Source of the DNA: the human T2T-CHM13v2.0 reference genome, Homo sapiens
Reading direction: 5' to 3' (one strand)
Assembly (NCBI RefSeq): GCF_009914755.1
Contig: NC_060942.1
Length of the DNA stretch: 64,000 nt
Shown: one piece after another, positions 12,640-26,335 of the stretch
Position numbering within the stretch: position 1 is the stretch's first letter
Layout: each line of letters opens with the position of its first letter
Position numbers and translations under genes: made by a program
Notes under the pieces: model-generated
Told to the model about the DNA's origin: nothing
Databases searched by the model: none
What the model saw: only the letters and a program-made list of their open reading frames with translations

Positions 12640-13300
12640 CTGTGAATCCTGACTATAGTAGAATGAACAGCGTATAGTGGATGTTGACTCAAAGTATGCT
12701 CAACCTTCTGGAGAACTTTGGACTAGCACTGCAAGATATTGTCACCTAGCTATCACTGTAACTTGAGTCTTCAAAAGGCCATTCCACACTTCTATCAAAC
12801 CAGCTGATTTAAAACAGTGGTAGTAAATGTGATAAAACCAGTGATTTCCAGGAGCATGAGCCCATTGCCCTACATCTTTTGCTGTGAAGTGAGTTACTTG
12901 ATCAGAAACAATGCTGTGTGGAATAACATGATGGTGGAGAAGGAATTCTTTAAGTATATGAACAGCAATTTTGGCAGAAGCATTGTGTGCAGAGAAGGCA
13001 AATCTCTATCCAGGATGTCTAATCCAGTAAATACAAAACATTGTTCTTTCTATGATAGAAGCAGTCTAATATAATCAAACTGATCTCCCCAGTAAATGGT
13101 GCCACACTGGGAACTCGGTGTTGGTTTCCACTGCTGGCAGATTTGGTACTTAGAAGTGGCCAATACCCAGATTGACCTTGGTGAGTAGAAGTCTGTGTAG
13201 CTGATCTCATGGGTAGTCTCCATCCTTGCCCTTTTTTCATGAGCCTATTGGGCAGTGATGGGGGTTTCTGGGGAAAGAGACTGACTGGAATCCGCAAAAC
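12640..13300 (-). pseudogene. ERV-L integrase remnant
   Basis: Minus strand reads ICQQWKPT...GTIYWGDQFDYI (about 13145-13070) and QWAHAPGNHWFYH...SAGLIEVWNGLLKTQ (about 12870-12765), the ERWNGLLK-type DDE helix. Confidence 0.85.
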
Positions 13301-13329
13301 AGGCAATCTGAACCACTTGATTATTAAAA

Positions 13330-13640
13330 TGCCCCTTTGCTGAGGTCACCCTTTGTTAAGCATTAACTTGGGACACAAATGTCTTCATGATTTCTGTCCA
13401 TCCAGAAAGGTGTCTATTCACATATTTCTTTCCCAAATTTTTTTGTCATCAATTTTCCAATCCTGTTCCTTGCAAGTCCTTGACTATCCAGCCAAACCAT
13501 TGACCAAAGCACATGAATCAGTATATAAACAAACATCTAGCCATTTCTTCTTCCAAGCAAAGTGAATGCCCAGGTATACTGCTGGAATTTCTGCCCACTA
13601 GGAATATTTCTCTTCACTACTTTCCTTCGGGGATGCCTGT
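13330..13640 (-). pseudogene. ERV-L RNase H remnant
   Basis: Minus strand reads S*WAEIPAVYLGIHFAWKK...LYTDSCALVNGLAG*, equivalent to SQWAEL...YTDS of retroviral RNase H, with stops. Confidence 0.82.
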
Positions 13641-13643
13641 GGG

Positions 13644-13677
13644 CCAGTCAGGTTAACACAAAAAATAAACCACCACA
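13644..13677 (-). mobile_element. Outer stub of the 5' MLT2 LTR
   Basis: CCAGTCAGGTTAACACAAAAAATAAACCACCACA resembles the LTR terminus at about 11650-11681. It is followed by TAGTA, which matches CAGTA at 11036-11040 as a TSD with one mismatch. Confidence 0.8.
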
Positions 13678-15204
13678 TAGTATTCCTCTTCATGATGAGA
13701 AATGGTTTCACCAAGAAGATGGAATCCCACGCTCCCACCTCTACACCCGTCAGTTGGGAACCAGAGGTGTACACACGTACATTCATAAAGTACTACCATA
13801 AATCCAAGGTTGTTCTCATTTGCACACTGCCTGAAATAAATGCTAAAGTCAATCTTGTGAGAAAAAAACTTTCAAAAACAAACACATTCACAAACAACAT
13901 TGCAGGGGGTATGGTTAACTATCTAGAAGATAGTTATTAAAAAAAAATGAAACCTAGCCACCCCCATGTTTTTATATAATGTACACTAACTCTACCACTT
14001 CATATCTTTCTTTTGTAACAGGTTCTACTGGAATTCTACTTTTCTCTGAATTATTTTCTTTCTTTTTGTGCTGAGAAGTTAAACACACACACATACTCTT
14101 TTTGCACACACACAATTTCACTCCATCAATTCCACCATTCAATCAAGTGCTTACTGAAATCCAGAGAAAAAGCACAAGACATAACTTCTGTTTTTAGAGA
14201 TTGTTTTATAGTCATCTAGGGAAGAAAGTCAAACACATACAAAAACTGGAGAAAAACTAGACTCTATTTAATCTGTTATTAGATTTTGTGGGATAGAAAA
14301 TAAGTGTTATAAAGAGGAAAATCTCATAGAGACTAGAATATTTAACAAATCAGGGATTAGGGCATCAAATGAACCTTGAAGGATACCTAGGAGAGGCAAA
14401 AAGGCATAAAAAATCCTGGTATGAATAAAACTCATATTTAAACTGGATTATAAGAATGATGATAGTGTATAATAATGTGATTTTAAAATTCAGTTTGAAG
14501 CAATTTGTATCTTGGATTAAAACACAATCTAACTCCATTCTAGCTCCTTTTCTTCTTGATTCAAATACTTTTCTTAATGCATACAATTTATTTTTAATGC
14601 ATACAATCCTAACAGATAAAGCATCTAAACAGATTTTTTTTCATGTATATCCAATAGTTACCATTCTGTTTTTCTCTCACTTGTGTCATACAGGTTGTGT
14701 GTAATACATGATTTAACTTGAAAATAAATATATTAGCTGCATTTATTCCACCCTGTAGTGCTGCACCAAATAGTCTCTGAAAAATAAATGCTATGCATCT
14801 TATTCAAATTAATCTATTCCACTCTAAAACCCCTCAAAACCATCTTGCTTCAGATGGTCCACATCTGACTGAGCTCTACAACTACAGTCACAAGGATTCA
14901 GCCTTAGACTGCCTGTTTTTCTAACATAATATTATAAAGACAGAGAAAGAATCAAAAGTAATCAGAGAAATGGTATTTCTATAAACAACATTTTTAGAAA
15001 ACTAGAACTTTCTAGTGATAGGATACATCAACTCATGAGTTCCTCATTAGTGAAGGGATTCAAAGAAAGATGTGGTTACCTGCTTCTTCTTTCCAGGCTG
15101 CTGGAAGAGAAATTGTTATCTAAACCAAGGTTTGGACTCCAAGACTCCTTTTGGGTTTCTGGCTGTAACTTTCCAGCCTTTTGTTCAACCCTCCCTATTC
15201 ACAT

Positions 15205-15320
15205 TGACGTTCAAGCTTTCAGTCTCTTCATCTTTAAGAAGGAGATAATAAAACCAAACTTGCTCTTTTGCTGCGAGAATTAAATTGCATAGTACCTTAG
15301 CAATGCCTAGTTTAGCATGT
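15205..15320 (+). mobile_element. MIR fragment
   Basis: TCAGTCTCTTCATCTTTAAGAAGGAGATAATAA resembles the MIR core CTCAGTTTCCTCATCTGTAAAATGGGGATAATAA. Confidence 0.55.
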
Positions 15321-15689
15321 GGGATCAATTGTAACCCCCACCCCTCATGTCACCCGTTGTTATGTTTTCAGCTTTACTGAAAAGATAATCACTCCCAAAT
15401 TTCATGATAAAGCTAAATGCCAATACTGCCAAGATTCTTTTCCCAATTCCCCTAGTCAAAAATATTGCTTCCTCAATCTAATACATAATTTATTTGTACA
15501 TCTTCATTAATACTTATTACTATTTAAACATTTATTTAATTGCCTCTACTTCATTGTCTGTGTCTTGAGAACAGGAACCACAATGCAAATCACCTGAGTA
15601 TCCTCAGAAAATGAATGCAGTGACAACAGTAATGTACATTTTTTGGAGACTAATATATTCCAGGCGCTCTCTTCTTGGTTCTTTTACTC

Positions 15690-15870
15690 TTTTCAACAAA
15701 TCCATGTCAAAGGTAGTATTATTATTCTTAGTTTGTAGAAGAAAAAAAAAAGCAAAACTCTGATGCTTAGGGGGATTCAGCAATTTGCTGAAATCACATA
15801 GCCACCAAGAACTTAAGCTGGGTTTTGAAATAATATTGTCTGATTTCATAACTCAACTCTTAGCCTCTGT
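15690..15870 (-). mobile_element. MIR fragment
   Basis: GGTAGTATTATTATTC...GCAATTTGCTGAAATCACATAGC...TGTCTGATTTCA is a reverse MIR pattern. Confidence 0.55.
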
Positions 15871-16837
15871 GTTATGAATATGGTAGTCCTGATGGGAATC
15901 TACACTTTGTCCGTGGAGATACAGTTTGACACTTCTGTAGTAATAATACTCTTTATTTTAGCTAGGCAATGGAGAGAGTCCTGTATGGAAGGTGGGGTTA
16001 GTAAGAAGAGCTAATCAGAATGGAGTGGTGTTGCATGCAAAAGGGTAGATCCAGATATAACCACTGGGAAGGTCTAGCAGTGGAGACAGGGTTTATTGCA
16101 GGAGATAGGCAAGAAGGAAGACTGGACATGGAGTCTAGAAAGAGTAGCTTCATACATCATGCCCAGACAAGCAGCCAACATCAGGCAAATTCAACACAAA
16201 GGGAGGATCTTAACAGAATAATGGGGCATGAAAATGTTTCAGGAAAAAGAGCCATATTCAGAAATTCAGTAAGATAGGATTGGAAGTTCAGTTCTGGGAC
16301 TGATTAGTCTCTCAGATAAACTTACTAGTGAAGGGTACATTTTTGGTTCTATAGAAAGTGTGTATCAAGAAACAGAAGTAGAGTATCAAGCAAGGATACA
16401 GTGACCAAGTTAAAAAAAAAAGTTACTGTCTGTGTTCAGGATCAAGACAGGCATTTACTGTGCCAGAAAAAGGTACAAGGTCGGAGACAAACTAGAAACA
16501 ACACTAACATGATGCTGAGCTCAGTAATTGCATATTTTAAAGCCAAATTAGGTAGCGTTATAGATATCTTCCTTATGTCTAGGTAACTGTAGACCTTCAA
16601 GGGTACAAATCCAGGAAGATCCAGATGGGCATATTTTGTAGAGAGAGCCAAACTGACTTATTGAATGCTACTAAAATTAAAGCAATTTTAAAATTTAACA
16701 TAAGCACCTAAAAGAGTTTTCTAGAGGGCCCATAACCAAAATTCTATCTCTCATAGACAAAGCAAATGACAGAGCCTATGCATAAATAATTACAGCATTT
16801 ATATTTTTGCTTCAATTCTAGCTTTGTTTATAAAATT

Positions 16838-17007
16838 TTAGCATTTCTCAAAATCACCCAGAGAGCTTATTAAAACAAACATTTATGGGCCACCTCCAGA
16901 GTTTCTGATTTAGTATATCTGTCATAAGTCATCATAAATTGCATTATAACGAGTTCCCAGGTAATAATGATGATGTTGGTCCAGAGAGTACAACTTGAGA
17001 ACCCCTG
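16838..17007. mobile_element. MER5A-like hAT-Charlie MITE
   Basis: AATCACCCAGAGAGCTTATTAAAACA...CCAGAGTTTCTGATTTAGTA...GAGTTCCCAGGTAAT...TTGAGAACCCCTG. Confidence 0.75.
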
Positions 17008-17914
17008 GATTAGAGTAAAACTTCTCCTAAGTTTCACTAATAAGAATTGATCCAAAGCCACTGACAGTAAAGCAGGGGTAGAAAACATAGGTGAAGAAAA
17101 CAGCCTTGTCTAAAGGTGAGATTCCTTAGATTCATGGAATTTGAAAATCAACTGGATGGATGCATTTCCAGATTCTGAAACTCACCTGTCCATAACTGGA
17201 GCACCTGCTATACTTCCCAGTTTTACAGGTCTATATTCTTCTTTAAACCTATAATGTATTCCAAACATATCCTTAGCTGGGTTTCTACTCCAGCCTTATT
17301 TTGTTTGTTTATACCAACATGTTAATATTACATCATGATAGTATGTCTTCTCATGAAGCTAATAACATGTCCATCAAAACATGTCTTATTTTCTAATTTC
17401 ACATTTTAATTTACCTACAACTTTTGAATTATATCTCTAATATGAAGGAAAATGTTGGCAAATAGCATGGTCTTGAACAGAGGCATTAAAAAGAAATGTG
17501 GGGAATGCTCACATTTCCACAAGGAGTTAAGATAAGCCAGGACTCCTTGCTAACAGCAACGGCAGAGTTGAGGAGCAGGTGTCCGGCATTAATCCACATA
17601 GCCTCATGATGTTAATGGGAGTCCTGTGGCTTCATTCCCAAGCACCACTTTGAACATTCATCCCAAGATATGAATTAACACAATGTAGTTCCTGCACTGC
17701 TGGGTCTTATTGCTTAATTAATGTGATCATAATGACAGTGGGGGACTCTAAATTTTCTGTCACTTCATATCCTATAAAGTTTCAATATAGTAATGAGCTT
17801 CATAAGAAGATGAGTCATTTGCATGTGCGAGTGTAAGTGAGAGGCTTGGAGGCAGTGTCCACCATTAAAAAGAGGTTATGCAGTGATATTGGGTAAGAAA
17901 GACATAGGATGTGG

Positions 17915-18212
17915 GGCCAGGCGCGGTGGCTCACGCCTGTAATCCCAGCACTTTGGGAGGCCGAGGTGGATGGATCACGAGGTCAGGAGATCGAGACAAT
18001 CCTGGCTAACATAGTGAAACCTCATCTCTACTAAAAATACAAAAAATTAGCCGGGTGTGGTGGCATGCGCCTGTAGTCCCAGCTACTCAGGAGGCTGAGG
18101 GAGGAGAAAGGTGTGAACCCGGGAGGTGGAGCTTTCAGTGAGCCAAGATGACGCCACTGCACTCCAGCCTGGGCGACAGAGCAAGACTCCATCTCAAAAA
18201 AAAAAAAAAAGA
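17915..18212 (+). mobile_element. AluY, full length
   Basis: GGCCAGGCGCGGTGGCTCACGCC, GGATCACGAGGTCAGGAGATCGAGAC..CCTGGCTAAC and GTGAACCCGGGAGG..GAGCTT, with an A-tail. Perfect 19-bp TSD AAGAAAGACATAGGATGTG at 17895-17913 and 18213-18231. Confidence 0.97.
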
Positions 18213-18529
18213 AAGAAAGACATAGGATGTGCATCAAATTTTAATGTTTATGGATGAGTATCTTAGGGCTAAATTCTGCAGAATTAATTTTCATTCATTT
18301 GTACAATTTATCCATTGTTCTCCAAAGAGAAATAATCAGTTAACTTGACATACATTTAACTATCAAATTTTCCTCTCAGCAGGTGGTTATAAACTCTGTC
18401 TATATACAAAATATTATCCTATATTACACTGAGTGTGCTGTACTAGGGGTAAAATAATTCAAAGAAATATGACATATTTCCCCAGAGATAGTACAAAAGT
18501 AATTTTCTCCAAGTTTTTTAGATTTGCTG

Positions 18530-18815
18530 TGCTCTTCTTGTTCTTAAAATCTTTACCATTTGTAGCATTCAACACAATTATCTCTTAAAGTTTTCTTCTC
18601 CCTGGCCTGTTATCTCATTAAAGTCTTCTTGTTCTCCTTCTATAACTCCACTACTCTGTATTCTTTGGCTATTCCTCATTAATATAATATTTCAGTACAA
18701 GCAGCCCCCTAGGTTCTAATCTTTACCCTTTTCTCTGCCTCTTTTTTATTGTTTCTTTGGGTTATATTGTATATTTACACAATTTGAGCGATCAGCCTCA
18801 GAAAGAGGAGTCCCA
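18530..18815 (+). mobile_element. L2 ORF2 (RT region) fragment
   Basis: GTAGCATTCAACACA...TTTTCTTCTCCCTGGC...CCCCTAGGTTCTAATCTTTACCCTTTTCTCT resembles the L2 AFDTV...GVPQGSVLGPLLF coding segment. Confidence 0.55.
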
Positions 18816-21800
18816 GTGAAGTACGTTGGGAATCCAGAGAGTAAAATGTGTGGCTAAAATATGTAGGACATGCAATATTCTACCCCAGTCTCACATTTTA
18901 TGTGACCAAAACTACCTTTGCACTAATATACAATAAGGTAAAAACAGAGATTTTTCTGAATAATTAACACAAATATACAAAAAGAAATTTTATCTTCATA
19001 ATGTCCCATAGTGTGCCCAGTCACATATGGAGTTATGGGCTAAAGAACCATAAAGCTGATTGGAAGAGAATCCCTTTGGTTTCTGCACTAGAATTATGGA
19101 CATTTGTTGCTAAATGAAATTACTTATCTGTATTCCCACCCTTTCTGGGGTCTAGAAAGCTATGTATGTCTTCTATTTTCAAATTTGAGATGGTTCAAAG
19201 AAGGGAGAATATTAATTTTCCCCAATATATACATGTATGCTATAGTGAAAATGGAAAACTGCCTTGATTATATGGACTGACAAGAAATCAGAACCTCAGG
19301 ATCTCAAGTTTTTGAAGTTTAAAAGTAAACAGGATACTTTACATATGACATTTCATATTAACTTCTTAACATTCTAAACCTAAAATCTTACATTTTATTA
19401 AAAAAAATTTAATTTCTATTCCACTGTGGTTATCATTATGATACCATGAGATTTTGAAAATATGAACCTTATATCCAGATCACTTTTAAACACAGCATAT
19501 ACAAAGCAGAAAATATATACATCAGCCTTGAGGTATGGGCACTAAAGATTGTCTCATCTTTAGTATGTATCAAATGTTAGGAATATGGAGTGTATAAAAA
19601 TCGATTTGGCCAACATATATAAAAAAAATTCAAGGAAGGCCTGGGTTTTAGAACAGCATCAGTGAACAGAAAACAAAATGGTAAGAAATCAGGAAGGCAC
19701 TTCAAAAAGTGGTTCCACTACAAAGTCAACCCAAACTTTTACATAAGTAATTGCAGACCAGGAAAAATTTGTACATGCAACATAAAAGAAAATAATAATA
19801 AATATACTGGACTGATCCAGAAAGTTCATGCTCTAATCGTCTCTGTAGTTCTTATGGGGTAGACACCAAAGCTATTATAATTGGTTCTTAGCTAATGTGA
19901 TAATCAAGAATCGAAGCACCATGGAATCTTAGAACAAAACACCTCTGAATCTGAAATTCAATAATCTTCATTTTCTACAGGAAGAAACTAAGGACCAGGT
20001 AAGAAAAACATATGCCTAGAGAAACATACGTTTAAGTTTCACCTGGAACGAAACCACACGCCCTAACTTCCAACTGGGCTATCTAAATTGTCAGATGAAG
20101 TTAGTGGTGGTAATATCCAAAGAGTGAAGATTAAGTAAATATTAAGAGTTAATAGTTAAGTGAATATTATTATGTGTGACCTCCTTTTAAGAAGTTTATT
20201 GTATTTACCCTTCCCAAGGCCTTGGTTTCACAAAGGACATTAAATAACAGACCTTAGACATAAAAGAATAAAAACAATATTATGAGGTGTCAGACCATGG
20301 TTCCTTACTCCTTTCTGCCTCATGATTCACTTAAACTTACTTTGATCCCTCACCCAATATATATATTTTTTTATTTCTAAAGGTTTTTCTTTTTTCTGTT
20401 TTCTGAGCAAGAATATCACTGAAATCCTGGCCCCAAATTAAAATGAATGGTCATTCTATGAGGCATTCACCTTGGGAAGAAATTTTGCCATGGACTACAG
20501 TGAACTAAGATCATAATTTAAACCACTGACAATCAATAACAGTTTGGTTGCTTAAACCCCTGTCCAGTGTATTTCTTTTCTGCAGTAAAGGATCTAAGTC
20601 AAGGATGGAGTATATGCTATTTAATAGAGTAATGTACAATTCCAAAATTGCCATTGCTCTTCTTCCTTGAAGCTCTCTAAAGCCGTTTAAAATCACATGC
20701 ATTTCTTTGTAACTATTCTTAAACCAAATGCTAATCTGAAGGCCAGTCTCTGAAGCTGGTTTGTAATCTCACACAAATCACTTGGAAGTGCCGAAAGGGG
20801 CCCAAAGAAGATTCCTTATGTTGTAATGGAATTCATATATTAAAGACATATTGTAAGAATAATTCAGCTGTCAAAATATATGTCCAATAGAATGATAATG
20901 TCTGGTATGCATCAATGTCTTGTGTTTCCAGTGAGATACTAAATTTTGCACATTATCTCAAATGCAAGTGTGAATTACTGCCGTGAGTCCTCAGGCTTCA
21001 CTACATAGGATTGGTAATCTGTTGAAAGATTCCACAGAAATGTATTTCTACAAAAGAATGAAAATATCAACCTGATTGAAACTAATCTGACGGGGAGAAG
21101 TCCAGTTTGATGAGCTCACCCATAGCAAAGCTTTGGCTTCAAATAAACAGATGGCCCAGAACTCACTGGCTTAATGCCTGAGGCTTCAAGAGCCTTAGTG
21201 TGGGAGGCATAAGAAATATAGAAGAGTATCTTCACCAAAAGCTTTTGAGGTCTTTGGAATATAAATGATATATTCTTGAGATTCTTCTAAGTGACTGTAA
21301 TGCAAAGTGGAGAGAAGTAGACCCCACTTTACCTTGGAAAAAGATGAAGTTTAGACACCATAGGCTTCTTTGCATGTGGCTTCTTACCAGTAGTGTGCAA
21401 CAAAACATCCCAAGAGATAATGATGCCTAGCAGAGTGTTGGCTGAAATCACTGTGCCCAGGGTTGCGATGTGAGTGCCAAAAGCAAGACTATGAAAACTG
21501 GAGAAAGTATGGGAAGACTTAGAGAAGCAATAGTTTTGCTCAAGGAAAGTTCTGTAAGGCCCAACAAAGCGACAATTATAAACATGGGTGAAATGCCACC
21601 TGTAGATTCTTAGATATACTTTAGGAAACTTTGCAGCAGACTTCAGCTTGTATTAGAAACAAGATGGAAAGCCATTATATATGCAATAGCGCTGTTAACA
21701 CGAACTCTTTTGTACTCACGGTTTGATAGGGCTGAGGAAACTTCACCTGATACACTTACAAGTTTTGTTTCCTACCATTTGCTAACCATCCAAGAGAATT

Positions 21801-22049
21801 TATACACCCTGTAGAATCTCCGAGTTCTTTTTATCAAAATTCCAGATTTTACATATCTGAAATTCAAAGCCAATATTCTAGATTGAACACTTTTTTGGCT
21901 ACCTGAGTCCACTATGGTCTGTGTCTGTTCTCTGAATTTACATATCAATTATCATCTGTACCATTCATTTAATGAGCTTATTATATCCTTGTGTGTGTCA
22001 TTGTTTGTATTATTGTCCTGAATGCCTAAAACTGCAGAAATGTTCTACA

Positions 22050-22192
22050 CACAAAAGTAGGTTCTATCTCCCTTACTAGACTATAAACTCTCCAATGCTG
22101 TTCAGACTTGTCTTTGTTTAGCTTAGAGTAGTTTCTCCTATGTCATAACAATGGTGGATAGTCAAAAGCACTTGAATGAATGCATGAATGAA
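22050..22192 (+). mobile_element. L2 3' end fragment
   Basis: TCTCCCTTACTAGACTATAAACTC...ends in TGAATGAATGCATGAATGAA, typical of the L2 tail. Confidence 0.55.
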
Positions 22193-23387
22193 ATATTTAA
22201 TTTTCCATCACTAAGTCCATGATGATTTTTTTATAGTTCATCTATTTAAACTATATCGTAGCCAATAATAAATAAATGGCTGAATGCTTCCTCTCAGTAG
22301 GGTGTAGTGACACCCTGGGACAATTTCTCATTTGTCAGAATTGCATTTGGATATACATGCAAGGAGAAAAGTAAAAAAAAAAATAGACAAAAATCTGCTG
22401 ATAAATTTAAAATTTTTCGGTAAAAACACAGCAGTAAAACAGCTGAAGCTCAAATGTAGAGAATCATGTCTCCTGAAAATAAATATGCCCCAAGCTCATA
22501 AACACCAAGGCGAGTGGTCAGGAATGAACAGATGTTTATTGCCTCATGCACCCTCTGCTACTCTGGGATAATCTCTTAAATATCCCAAATCCAGTTTGAA
22601 TTTAAATTAGATTCATATTTTCTTTCACGATTATTCCATTAAAAATATCATATGATTAGCCAATTAAATGGAGAGAAAAAAAATCAGTAGGAGAGCAATC
22701 CCCTTTAATATTTTCAATTAAGATGTAGTGTGGCCAATAAAAACGGCTTACATTTTCATTTTATGGGTACCTATGGAGAGCATTATGACACAAATGACTC
22801 AGAAGAAGGTAATCGTTTCAAAATATATTGTAGTGGAAGACTGTAAACAGTGCAGTGTGTTAGCTTACAAGGGATGTGATGAAAATATAAAGTTTTTTTC
22901 AAAGGGGATTCATGTTTATTTTATAGTCTTTTAGGGTGCTTGTGCCTGCCAATTTACAGCACATATTTCTAAAATGCCACAGACTGTTCTCTCCTAGGGA
23001 AGGGTTGGAAGGTGAGGATATACCCGTTAGGGGATAATATGTTTTTAAGGAGAAGAGGGTCATGCAGCAATTCCATCCTGTCTGCTGCCTAGATTTGAAA
23101 GGGAACTTCACCAGGGCATAGAATAAAACCTTATTTTCTTATAGAACCGTAAGGGAAAGCCTGACGCTACTTGATGTCAAATGCAACAGGAATGTGGAAA
23201 GTTTGTAACTCACAGCATAGGTATCAGTTATTTTGAGATCTGTAACCACTGATACTGGACTGAATTATTTCATTTTTTTTTTCTGACTTCTTGAGATTGT
23301 GACTCCAATTAATCTCAATCTTAATACTACTTAGCGGTTATAGTAAGTCAACATTTTTTTTCTACAAGCTCTTCTGTATATTTTATT

Positions 23388-23690
<303 letters not shown>

Positions 23691-25769
23691 TATATTTGAT
23701 TTTATTGGATTAACATGAATGAAATTCTCATAGGCTGGGGAAGGTTCTCAACTCCTCCATATTAAAAATGTGTATCCCAGTGGGGTAATGGTGAGGGGGA
23801 AAAAGGGAACTAAATAAATAAGTTTATTCTAGCTTTATTGAGAAATTGTATGTGTGATTTTGACTGAGCAGGAGCTTATCATGACTATATGAGTTTAGGA
23901 TACATCCTTGAACATAGAGATGTAATAAATATTTATTTGGTCATCAAGGTAAAAGCAGATCAAAATAGTATTGAGAACACTTCTCAACAAACTTAAGCAT
24001 CTATGAAAAATAATAAAAGCAACTGGAAATTAAAAGACATAACGACTAATAATAGAATTTCAAAAATTTTAAAAATTCTTTAATTGAAACATGTTATGTG
24101 CTTACCATGTATCAGACCCTGACTAAACCTTTAACATACATTATTTGCCTCAATCTTTTCCACAATCCAGTGAGATTGGTATTATCAACAGACTAATAAA
24201 GACCACATGCTCAGCAAGTGCCAGCAAGTTGGAAAATAATTACTACATTTAGGGCCATGTTGGTATAGAATTCACCTGATAGTTACATGTACTTGACACT
24301 GCTGTAAGCACAGGAAATACACGAGAAAATAGAGGTGAACAAGTCATTGAAGATCCCTTCACTCATGGAATTTATATTCTATCTATTTTGAGTATAATTA
24401 AAATTTGGTCCCCCAGCTATTTAATAAAATACCTGCTTTTTTCTAATGAATATGATGAAGAATTAAACATGTGAAACCAAACATAGACCAAAGCTTTTTT
24501 CCCCCCCTTTAAGTCATGCTCATATAGAATAAACCTGTTTTCTACCTACTTTTGTGTTACCCAGTAATTATATAAACTATATTAACAGTTAATTCAAATC
24601 CTAGACTTCAGGTATGAATTAGATTCAGTCTGTGTTTACAGGAAGATCTGGAAGAACACTGAATCTTTTGATAAAATGATTTTTGGCCACAGGCATAAAA
24701 AAAGTCAAGAAGTTTGTTGTATCCATTTCCCTACCCATAAACAGCTAGTTTAAATTTTCCAAATGATTATGTTATCTTATTTTCAAAAGCTGTCCTATAG
24801 GAATTGTCTCAAGATTATTCCTCTTAGGGAATTTCACCATCACTCCCCTCAAGAAGATTTTCATTTTACCAATTATCAAGTTTTAAGTGGAACTATGAGG
24901 TACTCTGAACGTGAAATTTCAGGTCTTACACTGTGAAGAAGACATCTACAGGTCTGGCAGTCTTCAATGCTGTCCCTAACATTATATCACATAAATAGTT
25001 AATGACACAATCCACAATTATGACTTTAACAATTATATGATTTGCTACCCTAACTTTCTGTTTTCCCACTAATTCTGGTATGTTTTCCCCAATCAAGACG
25101 CACTTGTTAAAAGTTTTCATGTTTATTATGATTGGCCCAGAAGAGCTCTCTTGCAACTAATCATTTTCTTCTAAGACTTTGAAGGCCGTAATGATGACAT
25201 ATGTATTTTAAAGATTTTGATATCTGCTGTGTATACATATGGTGATGTTGGGTATTAAGTGTCTTAACAAGTGACAAAACATTGATTTGGTTGAGTAAGT
25301 TCCAAACTGAGAACTTGTACTGAGAATGTGCAAGGCACTGATTATTAATAGTAAATACAAGAGACAGAAATGTGTGCATTAATATTGGATCATTCATATA
25401 CAAGTTACAGTAGCATAACGTTAGTCTCTGTTTATCTATAAAATGTGAATAAAAATATTTCTTAGGATTTCAATAATTTTTAAGTTATACAGTTTTTAGA
25501 AAGCATTCAGCACAGTTTCTGGCACATGAAAATTGGCATAGACATGGTAAATACCATCATCCTCATCCAGTTGTCCTGCACATCAAAACAGTTATAAACT
25601 TGAGTAGTTTGAAATAAAACAAGTGTTTTATTCTTATCTATCCTATGTCATGCAAGAAAAACCTTCATGATTTCTGTATCTCTATAAATTGCGAAATGAC
25701 CATGAATGTGAACATGATGGACAGTTGTGTAATGAACATAATTTGAAGACATTTCTTCTAAAACATAAA

Positions 25770-26335
25770 TGTGTGTATGTGTATATACATATATATTTTG
25801 TTTGTATACATATATATTTTGTGTCTATAAATTTTGTGTGTGTGTATATAGACACTAAAATTTATATACACAAATTTATATATAATATGAGATATATGTG
25901 TATATGTGCATGTATGTTATATTATATATAATGTGTCATACATATTATAATTATAATTATGTATATATTACATGTTATAATACATAATACATATAACATA
26001 TGCATATTATAATATATAATGTATATTAACATATATAATATGTAGATACATATATACATATAATATATAATACATATTATATGTACATATGTATGTATAT
26101 TATATTTTATAGAATATATAATACATATTATAATATGCATACATGTATTATATGTATATTATATAATTTATATTATATACTATATGTGATATATTATATA
26201 CAATGCATATTATGTTAATGTATAATACATATAATACATGCATTATATAAAATGTATACATTTTATATACTGTATATATTATATATACACTTTACAATGA
26301 TTATATATACACTATTATATACATATATATATTTG
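25770..26335. repeat. TA-rich low-complexity tract (TATAA/TACATA mosaics)
   Basis: About 560 bp of mostly alternating T/A with sparse C/G, visible directly. Confidence 0.95.

Larger units (their letters stand above)
11682..13643 (-). mobile_element. ERV-L (HERV-L/ERVL-B4-type) internal sequence: 3' UTR, dUTPase, integrase, RNase H remnants
   Basis: Directly abuts the MLT2 LTR. Minus-strand translations give ERV-L dUTPase, integrase and RNase H motifs with stops and frameshifts. Confidence 0.93.
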
